Source: Escherichia phage teqskov. From it: 64,000 nt of DNA. The first letter of the stretch is position 1. Each line of letters begins with the position of its first letter. The stretch lies in sequence record NC_054934.1. One strand, written 5' to 3'. Positions 30,509 to 40,992 of the stretch are shown one piece after another. The position numbers were made by a program, and so were the translations under genes. Under the pieces are notes generated by a model. That model was given only the letters and a program-made list of their open reading frames with translations. It did no database searches and was not told the origin of the DNA.

Positions 30509-32566
30509 ATGGAACTTATTACAGAATTATTTGACGGCGCTTCGGCGCCGGTTGTTAACTTAAATCCTAAGCATAAAATACCACAAATTTTTGCTATTCA
30601 AGCCGGTGAAGAAAGCGTTCTTCCTGGATTTAGATTTTGTACATACACCTCTGGCGGTGATACGAATAAAAACGTTAAGCCAGGCGACAAAATGATGCAT
30701 ATCGTAATGATAGGTGTCAACGAGAAATTATCGTTAGTCAAGCTTAGAAACTTGGGTGGAAATCCAATTGGCGTCATTAATGCTGTTTTTGATACTGCTC
30801 TTCAAACAATGAAACAGTATAAAATCGACGCATGCCTATTCCGCGTACTAAAAAGTAAAACAAACGGCGCAGCTCGTCAAATGCAAGTTATTGCTGACCG
30901 TTTAGTACGTACTAAAGGAGCAGGTCGATATGTTCTTTTAAAGGAAATCTGGGACTATGATAAGAAATATGCATATATTATGGTTTACCGTAAAAATGCC
31001 AATTTAGAAGACATTCCAGGTGTACCTCCTATTTCAACTGAGTTATTCACAAAAGTTGAATCAAAGGTTGGTGATGTTTATGTAGACGTTAAAACAGGTA
31101 ATGCTGTTCCTAAAGCTGTCGCTGTTGCTGCTTCTATTGCTTTAGAAAATGATAAGCGCACGGATCAAGCTGTTATTCAGAAAACTAAAATTAGTCGTCG
31201 ATTAGCAGCACAAGCTCAATATTCTACTGTTGATGCTTCACTTCAGGGTGATAGCTTCGCTGCTAAGAAATATCAAGAGTTTGAATCTAAAGTTCCGGTA
31301 TATAAAGCAGAAGGTCCGATGAACTCTGGCGTTATTCAGATTGGTTCAAACTTTAGCAAAGGAGCTATCGGTGGTATGAGAAGTGCTTCTCGTTTTAAAT
31401 CTAACGATTATGAACTAGAAAGTTTCCGAAATCATATTGCATTGGCCCATGCACGTTTACGTGATCCATCTATCAAGTTGCAGAGCGATATAACATATCA
31501 AGGTTCTCAAGAATATTTAAAGAATAAAGAATTCTTTGATTATAAAACTGATAAAATTTTAAGCGATCTTGCTGACATTAATATTTCTAATAGCTTTGAT
31601 GTTATTAAGAAAATTATCAATGATTTAGTTAAAGGTTCTAAAGCTACACCAGATGAAAAGACAGCTATTATTCAATTTGTCATGAATGGCATTTATAAAT
31701 TGATTAATGAATCTGCCGCCCAGGCATATGAATACGCAAGCACTGAAGTAACTCCAAAAGGATTAACTCAGGCTGAGTCTGATGTAATTGAAGATTATTG
31801 TGCAGATTCATATGTTGAAATGAACTCGTTCCTTTTAGGTAAACCTGATTCTACCCGTGAAGAATATATGGAACGAGCTATTAAACACATCGAGACGTTG
31901 GATTCTGCATTTGCTAAAGGTTCAGTTCTTCCTCCAGGAACTACTCTTTATCGTGGGCAAGAAGTTACCTTTAAAACTTTGCGTCATAACATTGAAAATA
32001 AAATGTTCTATTTCAAGAACTTCGTATCCACATCGCTTAAACCAAATATCTTCGGTGAGCATGGTAAAAACTATATGGCTCTAGATGATTCCGGCGCAGT
32101 ATTTTCTGGTGAAGGAGAAGGTTCCGTTGATGCAGAAGATTTGATGCATATGGGTAGTCATTCTACATATGCTAATGAAGATGCTGAAACTAGCATGGGT
32201 ATGGTAATTAAAGGAGCTGAGCGAATCAAAGTTATCGTTCCAGGTCATTTATCAGGATTTCCATCAGAAGCTGAAGTTATTCTACCACGTGGAATTTTAC
32301 TGAAGATTAATAAAGTGAGCACGTACATGATGAAAGAAACTGCTTATAATAAGTATCTAATCGAAGGCACAATCGTTCCTCCTTCTGAGCAATTAGAAGA
32401 ATCAGTATATGATGGCGATCATTTGATGGAAACTGGTGAAGTTCGTCCAATGGCTGGATTTAATCAATTCCTTGTAGAAGAATCAAAAGAAGAGGAAAAC
32501 GAAGTTTCTCAAATCTTGGCTTCTTTGGTTAACATCAACGGAATGTCTAAAAAGTTCAAGATGTAG
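30509..32566 (+). CDS. Alt-family ADP-ribosyltransferase paralog, 685 aa
   Basis: Same N-terminus MELITELFD...; N-terminal about 230 aa roughly two-thirds identical to Alt by eye, central region divergent; C-terminal motifs LYRGQ, FVSTSL, SEAEVILPRG retained; 3-nt gap after alt. Confidence 0.85.
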   Translation: MELITELFDGASAPVVNLNPKHKIPQIFAIQAGEESVLPGFRFCTYTSGGDTNKNVKPGDKMMHIVMIGVNEKLSLVKLRNLGGNPIGVINAVFDTALQTMKQYKIDACLFRVLKSKTNGAARQMQVIADRLVRTKGAGRYVLLKEIWDYDKKYAYIMVYRKNANLEDIPGVPPISTELFTKVESKVGDVYVDVKTGNAVPKAVAVAASIALENDKRTDQAVIQKTKISRRLAAQAQYSTVDASLQGDSFAAKKYQEFESKVPVYKAEGPMNSGVIQIGSNFSKGAIGGMRSASRFKSNDYELESFRNHIALAHARLRDPSIKLQSDITYQGSQEYLKNKEFFDYKTDKILSDLADINISNSFDVIKKIINDLVKGSKATPDEKTAIIQFVMNGIYKLINESAAQAYEYASTEVTPKGLTQAESDVIEDYCADSYVEMNSFLLGKPDSTREEYMERAIKHIETLDSAFAKGSVLPPGTTLYRGQEVTFKTLRHNIENKMFYFKNFVSTSLKPNIFGEHGKNYMALDDSGAVFSGEGEGSVDAEDLMHMGSHSTYANEDAETSMGMVIKGAERIKVIVPGHLSGFPSEAEVILPRGILLKINKVSTYMMKETAYNKYLIEGTIVPPSEQLEESVYDGDHLMETGEVRPMAGFNQFLVEESKEEENEVSQILASLVNINGMSKKFKM

Positions 32567-32595
32567 TTTACAAGTCCCTCGTGTTGTGTTATAGT
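32566..32595 (+). promoter_or_regulatory. T4-type early promoter (copy B of the repeated promoter-leader cassette)
   Basis: GTTTAC, 18-nt spacer, TATAGT; 52 of 54 nt identical to copy A at 16775. Confidence 0.5.
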
Positions 32596-32626
32596 AATCT
32601 TACTGACATAACATGAGGAACACAAA

Positions 32627-32917
32627 ATGAAATCTTCTTTACGCTTTTTAGGTCAAGAACTTGTAGTTGAAGGCGTTATTCCTGCTGATAACGCTTTTAA
32701 TGAAGCAGTTTATGATGAATTTATCAAAATTTTTGGAACAGATAAAAAGTTCGGAATTTTTCCTTCTGAAAATTTTTCAAAGCCACAGCAGACTGAAAGC
32801 ATTTTCCAAGGTGTAGTAACAGGTAAATTTGAGTCAGAAGCTCCGGTAAAAATTGAAGTTTATATTGAAGACAGTTTAGTTGCTTCAGTTGCTGCTTTTA
32901 TTTCATTCCGTAAATAA
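32627..32917 (+). CDS. Hypothetical protein, 96 aa
   Basis: ORF with GAGGA SD 7 nt upstream; last + strand gene before the convergent baseplate operon. Confidence 0.6.
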   Translation: MKSSLRFLGQELVVEGVIPADNAFNEAVYDEFIKIFGTDKKFGIFPSENFSKPQQTESIFQGVVTGKFESEAPVKIEVYIEDSLVASVAAFISFRK

Positions 32918-32923
32918 AAATAT

Positions 32924-32942
32924 GGGGACCTTTCGGTCCCCA
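32924..32942. terminator. Bidirectional hairpin terminator between convergent genes
   Basis: GGGGACC-TTTCG-GGTCCCC; U-rich run on the minus-strand side (after gene 54). Confidence 0.6.
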
Positions 32943-32945
32943 TTG

Positions 32946-33911
32946 TTATATTGCTCCTAATATTTTACTTTGCGAGTTGACAATTCCCGTCATAGTATTA
33001 ATGTTTGAAATGCTTCCAGCAGTTCCTCCTAATCTACTAAGTCGTGAAAGCGAATTAGATAATCCAGTAACACCTCCACTATTTCCGAGAACACTTTGAA
33101 TGCCATTTATAGCAGCAGATTCAAGCCACTCAAGCGCAGCTTGTCTATCAACCGACCCAGCCTGCATGACTCTATACGCAAAAGTAACATCAAATGTAGT
33201 TATTTGGTTATCTCCATCATATGATAACTCAGGAGCGCTCACTGACACTGGAATGCATCCGGTGAACATCACCGCAGTATGAGGTAATCCATTACGAGCA
33301 TGAAGATTAACCTGAATATCTGCCTCGACATCCTGTGGCAAAGCACGCAGTCCAGTTACTGGGTCTTGAACAGCGTTAACCCAGTCTTGCATCGCACGAT
33401 AGTTACAAGCTTCTGAATCCATTCTAAATGAAATAACCAAAGGGTCCAATTCTCTCCCAGTTATACGAATATTAGGAGAGTTATAATTCCAGTCAGTTTC
33501 ATAGGATAATCTATTCTCTGGCATTTTTACAGAGTATATCATCAATCCAGATGAATTATATGCCATATTAAAGAAGTCAATTAAATATGTACCAACTGTA
33601 AATGAGCCCAATAAACTTTGAACTGTACGTTGACTCATGGCACCAATAAGATATTTACTAACCCCTGATTTTCTTATCAGTTTTTGTGTGCCAGCAGTAA
33701 TTAGCGTGGTAATTCCCTGATTAATATCGCCTTGAGATAATCCTAACCAGTCTGAATTTAGACCCAAGTTATTATAAGAAAAGTTGCTAATTGAACTTAT
33801 CAACGAAGAGCTTTTAGTTGATGGAGTTGTCGCAAAAACGCAGCTAAACATATTATTACGTTGGAAATCTGCGTTTATTGCTTGATTATTAAATTCCTCT
33901 AAAGAATACAT
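32946..33911 (-). CDS. 54: Baseplate-tail tube initiator gp54
   Basis: 321-aa ORF; size and position (downstream of 48) as in T4. Confidence 0.85.
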   Translation of the reverse strand: MYSLEEFNNQAINADFQRNNMFSCVFATTPSTKSSSLISSISNFSYNNLGLNSDWLGLSQGDINQGITTLITAGTQKLIRKSGVSKYLIGAMSQRTVQSLLGSFTVGTYLIDFFNMAYNSSGLMIYSVKMPENRLSYETDWNYNSPNIRITGRELDPLVISFRMDSEACNYRAMQDWVNAVQDPVTGLRALPQDVEADIQVNLHARNGLPHTAVMFTGCIPVSVSAPELSYDGDNQITTFDVTFAYRVMQAGSVDRQAALEWLESAAINGIQSVLGNSGGVTGLSNSLSRLSRLGGTAGSISNINTMTGIVNSQSKILGAI

Positions 33912-35005
33912 TAAAAAGTCCCCGCATATAAAGAAGCACGGTTTAACGTGATAATTTCTCTCATAGTAATCTCAAGAGTAAATGTACTAGGGAGGTTTGG
34001 AGCAATAGCTAATCCGTTAAAGTTACCATTAGGTGTTTTATCAAATCTGATGCTCTGTATTTGGCATGGACCAAATATTTCCGTTTTTCCATCAAACTTA
34101 GATGTTGCACCAAAGTTTTTCACCATCCAAATTGTCGGGTTTGAAACTACTAGAACGTTAGTTAAGCTCGATGTCATTTTCTCAAATAGTGTTTTATTTT
34201 TAGCTGCGTCTTCCGGAGATAAAGGTTCAATTAACGTAGAACGATACCAATCATCCAAATACCCCTTTATTTCAGCAGCATATTGAGATTTGCCTGTTTC
34301 ACCATAAGAAAAATAGTTAAAATATTGATAGATATTGATAATAGCCATCAAATCTTCTGTTGAACGTGGAGTCAAATCCCATGTAAACACTTTAGTTCTA
34401 TTCTCAGCACCACCATACATACTTCTGGCTGTCGTATAAATCTGTTCATTATTATCAGCCATTATACCTTGTGTTATACTTTCCAGTGCCCCAAATACTG
34501 CAGTTGAAGCAATATTACTTAACACACCAGTAGCAGTACCTCCGCCTCTGCTGATAAGACTTTCTTGAACATCATTAAATCTATGTGATGATGTATCAAC
34601 GTCAGATTTAGATCTCGGTAAAAGAATGTTTGCGACAGGAGCTTTACTTATTGTTCCTGAATTATTGTTTGATATTAATCCATTTGATAGTTTTGATACT
34701 GTACTACTAATAGTGTTTCTAGCTGTACTTAAAATACTCGAAGATGAAGAAGAGTAGTTAGATCTCATCGATCTAAGACTTCCAGAATCCCTAGATGACA
34801 TATTGTATGCAGTAAATAATAATCCATTCTTATATAGATCTGTTACCTGGAAGTCCCCTGTAGTGTCATTACCACTAGCACGCCCAGTTGGAAACTGGGC
34901 AGTGTATGTTTTAGTTGCTACTTCTGATTTAGTACTCTGTCCGGCTGAAATTTTCTCACCGGACTTTTTAATTAAATCAGCAGTTATTTCTTTAACAATT
35001 GCCAT
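33911..35005 (-). CDS. 48: Baseplate tail tube cap gp48
   Basis: 364-aa ORF, T4 gp48 size; in the 51-27-28-29-48-54 operon order. Confidence 0.85.
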   Translation of the reverse strand: MAIVKEITADLIKKSGEKISAGQSTKSEVATKTYTAQFPTGRASGNDTTGDFQVTDLYKNGLLFTAYNMSSRDSGSLRSMRSNYSSSSSSILSTARNTISSTVSKLSNGLISNNNSGTISKAPVANILLPRSKSDVDTSSHRFNDVQESLISRGGGTATGVLSNIASTAVFGALESITQGIMADNNEQIYTTARSMYGGAENRTKVFTWDLTPRSTEDLMAIINIYQYFNYFSYGETGKSQYAAEIKGYLDDWYRSTLIEPLSPEDAAKNKTLFEKMTSSLTNVLVVSNPTIWMVKNFGATSKFDGKTEIFGPCQIQSIRFDKTPNGNFNGLAIAPNLPSTFTLEITMREIITLNRASLYAGTF

Positions 35006-35013
35006 ATTATTCC

Positions 35014-36786
35014 TTAATTAACTCCAGTCGCATCAAATACACCAGGAGCAGTCGTGCTCGTTACGGGTGTCATATTATGAACGACAGTATTTTTCTTAAT
35101 AACATTATTAGTATTATTGATCGAAGGAGATGCTTGTTGAACAGGAGCTTGCTGTGCTTTGTTCTTTTCTATTACCTGGACTTGTTTTGCTTCTGGCGAT
35201 TTAGCAGAAGTTTCAGGTTTGGCATTAGGCTGATTTTTCTTGAGCTCTTGATAAGTAGCATCAATTTTAGAAAATCTAGCAGCAAGTTCTTTTTTAACTG
35301 CCGGTGAATTATTTAAATCCGGGTCATCCATCCGTTTTTTAAGGTCTTCATAGGCAGCTTCAACTGATTTAACCGTTGAGTCTTTACTCATATCAGCTGA
35401 ATCAGCATATTTTTCAAAACGAATCATCGCGGCACGGGCTTCATTAGCCTTCATTAAAGCATTTTTTCTTTCTTCAGGTGAAAGTTGCTTTAATTTTTCT
35501 TCTTCTGCTGCGCGTTCTTCATCGGTTGTCAATGCTTCTTTATTATCAACGCCACGAATCCAGTTAGATGCACGAGTTTTCCAATTAGCAATTTTATCTA
35601 ATCCTTTTGCTATCGGACCAAGGTCTCCGTTCATTCGTTTATCTTGATAATTTGCAACTTTTTCCTGGTCTTCTTTATTGAGAGATGCTCCAGTAGAATT
35701 TTGGAAATTTTCTAGTGCTCTTCCTTCTACTTCATCAGCGGTATCCTTCATGCCAGGAATGACTCGAAGAATTGCAGCAGATAATTTAGCCATTCCAAGC
35801 TGAATAAGTTCTCCTAAATTATAAAGAACCTTTCCAAGCCCTTCTACAATAGCTACCGTCAAACCGCCCCAATCTCCCTCTTCCCAGAATTTTTTAATTT
35901 CATCAATAGAACTAAAGATGCTCTGTAATAAAGGACCCCATGTTCCGGTTTCGCTAGAGAATTTAGTAAAGTCTGTACTAAACAAATCCCAAGCCTGCGA
36001 AAATTTATCTGACCAATATTTGAAATGAACCATCAGCAGATCTATTCCAACAACAACAGCCAATATCATTGCAGTCATTTTAGCAGCTTCAATAGCAGCA
36101 CTAACGGTATACTTAAATAGCATGCTTGATATTTTATCAGTAATTGAAATGGATTTCTTAAATCCAAAATCAACAGTCTTTGTTAATTTATCTAAAGCTT
36201 GAGATAATTTTAAGTTAAATGCGTCTTTTTTCTGTTTTTCTTCTGGCGATTCTTGTTTAGGTTCAACTGGCTGAGGGGTAGGGAAAAAATCAGCATCAGG
36301 ATCATTATTAACTGCTTCAGGAGCCGGTAATAAAGGACCCACAGATTCAGCTGTATCGTCCTCAACAACTTTAACAGGAATAGCGCTTTCAACCGTAGCT
36401 AAACTAGTTCCTGTTTGTTGAATTCCAGCTGTCTGAATTTTTTGTTCTAATAAACTCGTTAATTTATCTAATTTGCTTCCGAGTGATTCGCCTATTTCTT
36501 TATTGATATTATTGCCAATTTCAACAGTCTCGGCAATTAACTCAGAACCAGCAGTAGTATCACTCACTGCGCTTTCTACATTGTCAATTGCTCCAATTAT
36601 TTCATTCGATTTTTCTTCGACAGTTTGAGCAATTAATTCAGAAGCAGCTTGAGCATCATCCAATTTCGTAGATATATCGTTAAGTCCAGATAAAGTGTTA
36701 GAAGCGGATTTAGCCGCTTCCTGTGTTGGTTTATTATCTGAAATAACTTTTCTACGCATCGTTTGCATTTCTTGTGGCTTTTTCAT
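35014..36786 (-). CDS. 29: Baseplate hub / tail length determinator (tape measure) gp29
   Basis: 590-aa ORF, T4 gp29 size; Ala/Glu-rich extended protein. Confidence 0.9.
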   Translation of the reverse strand: MKKPQEMQTMRRKVISDNKPTQEAAKSASNTLSGLNDISTKLDDAQAASELIAQTVEEKSNEIIGAIDNVESAVSDTTAGSELIAETVEIGNNINKEIGESLGSKLDKLTSLLEQKIQTAGIQQTGTSLATVESAIPVKVVEDDTAESVGPLLPAPEAVNNDPDADFFPTPQPVEPKQESPEEKQKKDAFNLKLSQALDKLTKTVDFGFKKSISITDKISSMLFKYTVSAAIEAAKMTAMILAVVVGIDLLMVHFKYWSDKFSQAWDLFSTDFTKFSSETGTWGPLLQSIFSSIDEIKKFWEEGDWGGLTVAIVEGLGKVLYNLGELIQLGMAKLSAAILRVIPGMKDTADEVEGRALENFQNSTGASLNKEDQEKVANYQDKRMNGDLGPIAKGLDKIANWKTRASNWIRGVDNKEALTTDEERAAEEEKLKQLSPEERKNALMKANEARAAMIRFEKYADSADMSKDSTVKSVEAAYEDLKKRMDDPDLNNSPAVKKELAARFSKIDATYQELKKNQPNAKPETSAKSPEAKQVQVIEKNKAQQAPVQQASPSINNTNNVIKKNTVVHNMTPVTSTTAPGVFDATGVN

Positions 36787-37316
36787 TCAAATAATCCAAT
36801 AATATTGCCAATTCCGGTTATTGGACCATTAGGGCCAGGAATTGCTAAAGTTGTAAAAATATCATTTGCCCATTTTAAAACGAATGCTGGCATCTCAAGA
36901 AAATTAATTTCTTTAACTTCATCATTGACCTTAAGCAAGCATTTGGATAACATATCGCTCACCGTTAAAAATTGTTCAAATTTTCCAGGAGGTCTAAAAT
37001 AAAATGTATTTCCTTGGTATTGAAATTCTAATCTTTGGCATACATAAACATCATTAATGTCATAAGTATAACCATCTATTTCTTTACGAGATTTAATCTT
37101 TCCATTAAATTCCAATAAATGAATGGAAACGAAATCAACTTCTGCTGGTGATAAATTCGGGCAAATAGAATCAATAAGAAGTTTTAAATTTTCATCAGGA
37201 CCTTTAACATCTTTTAAAATGTTATAATGTTTAAGACCCATTTTAGGAATAGAAACTTCTTTATTGCTTATTGGAAGAACTACTTTCTTCAGTGGTAGTA
37301 TCAGATTTAAATTCAT
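36783..37316 (-). CDS. 28: Baseplate hub distal subunit gp28
   Basis: 177-aa ORF with AAGG SD; start lies 56 nt inside the 3-prime end of gene 27. Confidence 0.85.
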   Translation of the reverse strand: MNLNLILPLKKVVLPISNKEVSIPKMGLKHYNILKDVKGPDENLKLLIDSICPNLSPAEVDFVSIHLLEFNGKIKSRKEIDGYTYDINDVYVCQRLEFQYQGNTFYFRPPGKFEQFLTVSDMLSKCLLKVNDEVKEINFLEMPAFVLKWANDIFTTLAIPGPNGPITGIGNIIGLFE

Positions 37317-38436
37317 TTTTAACCTTAACTGGGTCTATTGTTTCCAGTTTCGTTGCATTAGTGAACATATATAGATGAGTTACTGAATTATTATTAGATA
37401 ATTCGTGGATAACTTCATCAACGTAAAATTCTGTTTTAAATTGGTTTTTACTATCATTAAAAATAATTTTAACGCCAGGAGTCAAGTTAAAATTACCGAC
37501 AGTAGAACATTTAGCATAGCCATCGTATTGTGCCATAGTTTGAAGACGAATAGCTTCTTCATATCCATTCCTATAAGTCATTTCAGAATAAGCACCTGAC
37601 CTTGACACTACAATAGAGTTTTCTCCCTTTCCTGTAGTAATCATTGGCAATGAAGAATCTAAAAATGAATGAGCATAGATAGTAGCGTTTTTCATTGGGT
37701 CGCGTTTATGAGGATTCGATTTAGTCAACCAAACGAAATCATATGCTAATGGATATTTTAATTCTTGGATGAATTGACCTATTAAAGATGGCTCACCGAC
37801 AATCATTGGATACGGTTCTTGATTTATCATCATATCATAGTCCATCATGTTAACTCCCATGATGTCTTGCCACACAAATACAAATTTGTCACTTCCTACA
37901 GCTAGAGCAACTTCTCTTACATAGGATAAATAATTTTCAAATGTACTAGTCCATGGAATATCAGGAACATAAGCATTTATAGCATTTATTGCTGGAGTTA
38001 ATAATGTGCGATCTTGATAAATGACACCAAGCATTTCTTTTATAGATTCACCTGCATCAGGGAAAAATGGTCTACCAAATTTAAGATTTTCTATAGAATG
38101 AATAGTTCCCAATTCAATAGCAATGATGTTATCACCTTTTGAATCTACGGACACAGAAAAATGCTTACATCCATAAATTCGTGTTTTAACATTATTAATA
38201 TCATTTGCATTAGCTACAGAAATCTGAATTATTTCATTTCCATCCATTTTTGTATGGATGTTTTTAGAATCATAAAACTGCAGCATTCCTTCATTTCGTC
38301 CATAAAGAGAATCCCGCATAGTTAATGTGGTAATAGTAGCAGCTAATTCAACAAATCTATTATTACTCCAAGCGTCGTAGCTATCAAATAATTTAACGCT
38401 GAGATTTGGATATCCTGGGCGTTGCAACATACTCAT
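37261..38436 (-). CDS. 27: Baseplate hub subunit gp27
   Basis: 391-aa [45 protein letters not shown]... matches T4 gp27. Confidence 0.95.
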   Translation of the reverse strand: MSMLQRPGYPNLSVKLFDSYDAWSNNRFVELAATITTLTMRDSLYGRNEGMLQFYDSKNIHTKMDGNEIIQISVANANDINNVKTRIYGCKHFSVSVDSKGDNIIAIELGTIHSIENLKFGRPFFPDAGESIKEMLGVIYQDRTLLTPAINAINAYVPDIPWTSTFENYLSYVREVALAVGSDKFVFVWQDIMGVNMMDYDMMINQEPYPMIVGEPSLIGQFIQELKYPLAYDFVWLTKSNPHKRDPMKNATIYAHSFLDSSLPMITTGKGENSIVVSRSGAYSEMTYRNGYEEAIRLQTMAQYDGYAKCSTVGNFNLTPGVKIIFNDSKNQFKTEFYVDEVIHELSNNNSVTHLYMFTNATKLETIDPVKVKNEFKSDTTTEESSSSNKQ

Positions 38437-39185
38437 TATTGTTTATCCTTCTCAATCAGTTTTAATACGAATCCGCGCTCAGCAGGAATCATTTTCATTA
38501 TTGAATTTAAGCTATAATTACTTTTTACGAGTGTGTGATTAATTTGATAAAAAGTAAATATCTCATCTGGGTTAACTAATAGCTTAAACACGTCTACTAT
38601 ATCAGTGTATTTTTTAATGTACTTATTACAGCATGACATATGTAGAGTTAAATTAATAGGATTCATTGCATCGAGAATTTTTTCTAATGTTTCTATCTCG
38701 ATGGCATCAACAAGTTCTATTTGGCTTGATTCACTAATTTCCTTCCAATCATACCATATTTCATCTACTTGAACAGAATGAATATTTTCAGTAATCATCT
38801 TTGCTTTATTTTCATAAAACTCAGAAGGAAACTTTAATTTAATTTTAACATTAGCTACATCAAAAACAGGTTCCTTTAATTCTTTTTGATATATTTCAAA
38901 TGGAACTGTCTTTTCTTTTTTACATTTTGGACATACGAATGTGACTGGTACTTTTGTTTTACCTATTGACCCTACAAATACCTGCAAAAATATAAATGGT
39001 TGCCAAGTCTTCGGATAGTCTCCAAAATAATCATCAATTAAATCAGTAATTATTTCTTTTTGTTCTTGTGGTGACCGATGTTCTATATCGTTTCGAACTA
39101 ACAAAAAATCTCGATAATCTTCTACCGTAAATGGTTTAAAACGATGAACACCATCTGGTAATTTACAACGAATAATGTTTGCCAT
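38436..39185 (-). CDS. 51: Baseplate hub assembly catalyst gp51
   Basis: 249-aa ORF with CPKC and CPEC-like Cys pairs; T4 gp51 size and position. Confidence 0.9.
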   Translation of the reverse strand: MANIIRCKLPDGVHRFKPFTVEDYRDFLLVRNDIEHRSPQEQKEIITDLIDDYFGDYPKTWQPFIFLQVFVGSIGKTKVPVTFVCPKCKKEKTVPFEIYQKELKEPVFDVANVKIKLKFPSEFYENKAKMITENIHSVQVDEIWYDWKEISESSQIELVDAIEIETLEKILDAMNPINLTLHMSCCNKYIKKYTDIVDVFKLLVNPDEIFTFYQINHTLVKSNYSLNSIMKMIPAERGFVLKLIEKDKQ

Positions 39186-39202
39186 AGATGCTCCTTTTAT
39201 TC

Positions 39203-39214
39203 TATTTATAAATA
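39203..39214. promoter_or_regulatory. Overlapping divergent late promoters for gene 51 (-) and gene 26 (+)
   Basis: TATTTATAAATA: minus-strand TATAAATA (about 39203-39210) and plus-strand TATAAATA (about 39207-39214) share 4 bp, in the 50-nt gap between divergent genes. Confidence 0.55.
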
Positions 39215-39235
39215 TGATAAATAAAGGAGCTAAAT

Positions 39236-39862
39236 ATGTATGAATACAAATTTGATGTGAGAGTTGGTTCTAAAATAATCAATTGTCGCGCATTCACGCT
39301 TAAAGAATATCTAGAACTTATTACTGCCAAAAATAATGGTTCCGTAGAAGTAATTGTTAAAAAGCTAATCAAAGACTGCACAAATGCAAAAGATTTAAAC
39401 CGCCAAGAATCAGAACTATTGTTGATTCATTTATGGGCACATTCTCTCGGTGAAGTTAATCACGAAAACTCCTGGAAGTGCACCTGTGGAACTGAAATAC
39501 CAACCCATATAAATCTATTACATACACAAATAGATGCACCAGAAGACCTCTGGTATACACTGGGTGACATTAAAATTAAATTCCGATACCCTAAAATTTT
39601 TGATGATAAAAATATAGCCCACATGATAGTATCATGTATAGAAACGATTCATGCTAACGGGGAAAGCATTCCCGTTGAAGACTTAAATGAAAAAGAACTG
39701 GAAGATTTATATTCTATCATCACAGAGTCAGATATTGTAGCTATAAAAGATATGCTTTTAAAGCCTACCGTTTATTTGGCTGTTCCAATTAAGTGTCCAG
39801 AGTGTGGAAAAACTCATGCTCACGTAATAAGAGGCCTCAAAGAGTTCTTTGAGTTACTATAA
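39236..39862 (+). CDS. 26: Baseplate hub subunit gp26
   Basis: 208-aa ORF, T4 gp26 size; divergent from gene 51. Confidence 0.9.
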   Translation: MYEYKFDVRVGSKIINCRAFTLKEYLELITAKNNGSVEVIVKKLIKDCTNAKDLNRQESELLLIHLWAHSLGEVNHENSWKCTCGTEIPTHINLLHTQIDAPEDLWYTLGDIKIKFRYPKIFDDKNIAHMIVSCIETIHANGESIPVEDLNEKELEDLYSIITESDIVAIKDMLLKPTVYLAVPIKCPECGKTHAHVIRGLKEFFELL

Positions 39863-40260
39863 TGGCAAATATTAATAAGCTTTATTCTGATATTGACCCG
39901 GAAATGAAAATGGATTGGAACAAAGACGTTTCCAGATCGCTTGGATTAAGGTCAATTAAAAACAGTCTTTTGGGAATTATTACAACAAGAAAAGGTTCAA
40001 GACCGTTTGACCCTGAATTTGGATGTGATTTATCAGATCAGCTTTTTGAAAATATGACTCCTCTTACTGCTGATACGGTTGAGCGCAATATCGAAAGCGC
40101 AGTAAGAAACTATGAGCCACGTATTGATAAATTATCAGTTAATGTGATACCCGTTTATGATGATTATACTCTGATAGTAGAAATACGCTTTTCGGTCATC
40201 GATAATCCTGATGATATTGAGCAGATAAAACTGCAACTGGCTTCCAGTAATAGAGTATAA
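39862..40260 (+). CDS. 25: Baseplate wedge subunit gp25
   Basis: 132 aa [54 protein letters not shown]...; matches T4 gp25. Confidence 0.95.
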   Translation: MANINKLYSDIDPEMKMDWNKDVSRSLGLRSIKNSLLGIITTRKGSRPFDPEFGCDLSDQLFENMTPLTADTVERNIESAVRNYEPRIDKLSVNVIPVYDDYTLIVEIRFSVIDNPDDIEQIKLQLASSNRV

Positions 40261-40286
40261 TGCTTCACGTATAAACGTGGTATAAT
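40257..40286 (+). promoter_or_regulatory. MotA-dependent middle promoter upstream of uvsY
   Basis: ATAATGCTTCA MotA box right after the gene 25 stop; TATAAT -10 sixteen nt after the box. Confidence 0.5.
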
Positions 40287-40326
40287 GAATCTAAGTCCAT
40301 CCAATAACAATTGAATAGAGAACAAT

Positions 40327-40740
40327 ATGAGATTAGAAGATCTTCAAGAAGAATTGAAGAAAGATGTGTTTATAGATTCGACTAAATTACAGTATGAAGC
40401 AGCTAATAATGTGATGTTATATAGTAAATGGCTTAATAAGCATTCAAGTATTAAAAAGGAAATGCTTAGAATTGATGCACAGAAAAAAGTTGCTCTTAAA
40501 GCTAAATTAGACTACTACTCGGGACGAGGAGATGGTGATGAATTTAGTATGGATCGTTACGAGAAATCAGAAATGAAGACAGTTCTATCAGCTGATAAGG
40601 ATGTTTTAAAGGTTGATACCTCGCTGCAGTATTGGGGGATTTTATTAGATTTCTGTAGCGGAGCTCTTGATGCTATTAAATCACGTGGATTTGCTATTAA
40701 GCATATTCAAGACATGCGAGCATTTGAGGCTGGAAAATAA
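40327..40740 (+). CDS. uvsY: Recombination mediator UvsY
   Basis: 137 aa MRLEDLQEELKKDVFIDSTKLQYEAANNVMLYSKWLNKHSSIKKEMLRI...; matches T4 UvsY. Confidence 0.95.
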   Translation: MRLEDLQEELKKDVFIDSTKLQYEAANNVMLYSKWLNKHSSIKKEMLRIDAQKKVALKAKLDYYSGRGDGDEFSMDRYEKSEMKTVLSADKDVLKVDTSLQYWGILLDFCSGALDAIKSRGFAIKHIQDMRAFEAGK

Positions 40741-40964
40741 TGAGATATAGCATTGATGATGCTTTTAATTATGAAGAAGAATTTGAAACTGAGATTCAAT
40801 TCTTAATGAAAAAGTATAATCTTAAGCGTCAGGATATTCGTATCCTGGCCGACCACCCGTGTGGTGAAGATGTCCTTTATATTAAAGGAAAATTTGCCGG
40901 ATATCTTGATGAATATTTTTATTCTAAAGATATGGGCATTGATATGCATATGAGAGTTGTATAA
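40740..40964 (+). CDS. Hypothetical protein (uvsY.-1-like), 74 aa
   Basis: ORF overlapping the uvsY stop (TAATG). Confidence 0.6.
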   Translation: MRYSIDDAFNYEEEFETEIQFLMKKYNLKRQDIRILADHPCGEDVLYIKGKFAGYLDEYFYSKDMGIDMHMRVV

Positions 40965-40967
40965 ATA
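40960..40967 (+). promoter_or_regulatory. Late promoter (TATAAATA)
   Basis: TATAAATA overlapping the stop of the previous ORF, about 25 nt before the next ATG. Confidence 0.4.
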
Positions 40968-40992
40968 GATATATAATTCAGAGGAGACAATC

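Noticed and set aside
28412-32566. The two Alt-like genes as an assembly duplication artefact.
   Set aside because: The copies are substantially diverged, especially in the central third, and each has an intact reading frame; an artefactual duplication would be near-identical.
37261-37316. The 56-nt overlap between the gene 27 3-prime end and the gene 28 start as a possible frameshift or annotation error.
   Set aside because: Gene 28 has a good SD (AAGG) before its ATG and the resulting 177-aa and 391-aa products have the expected sizes; treated as a genuine overlap.
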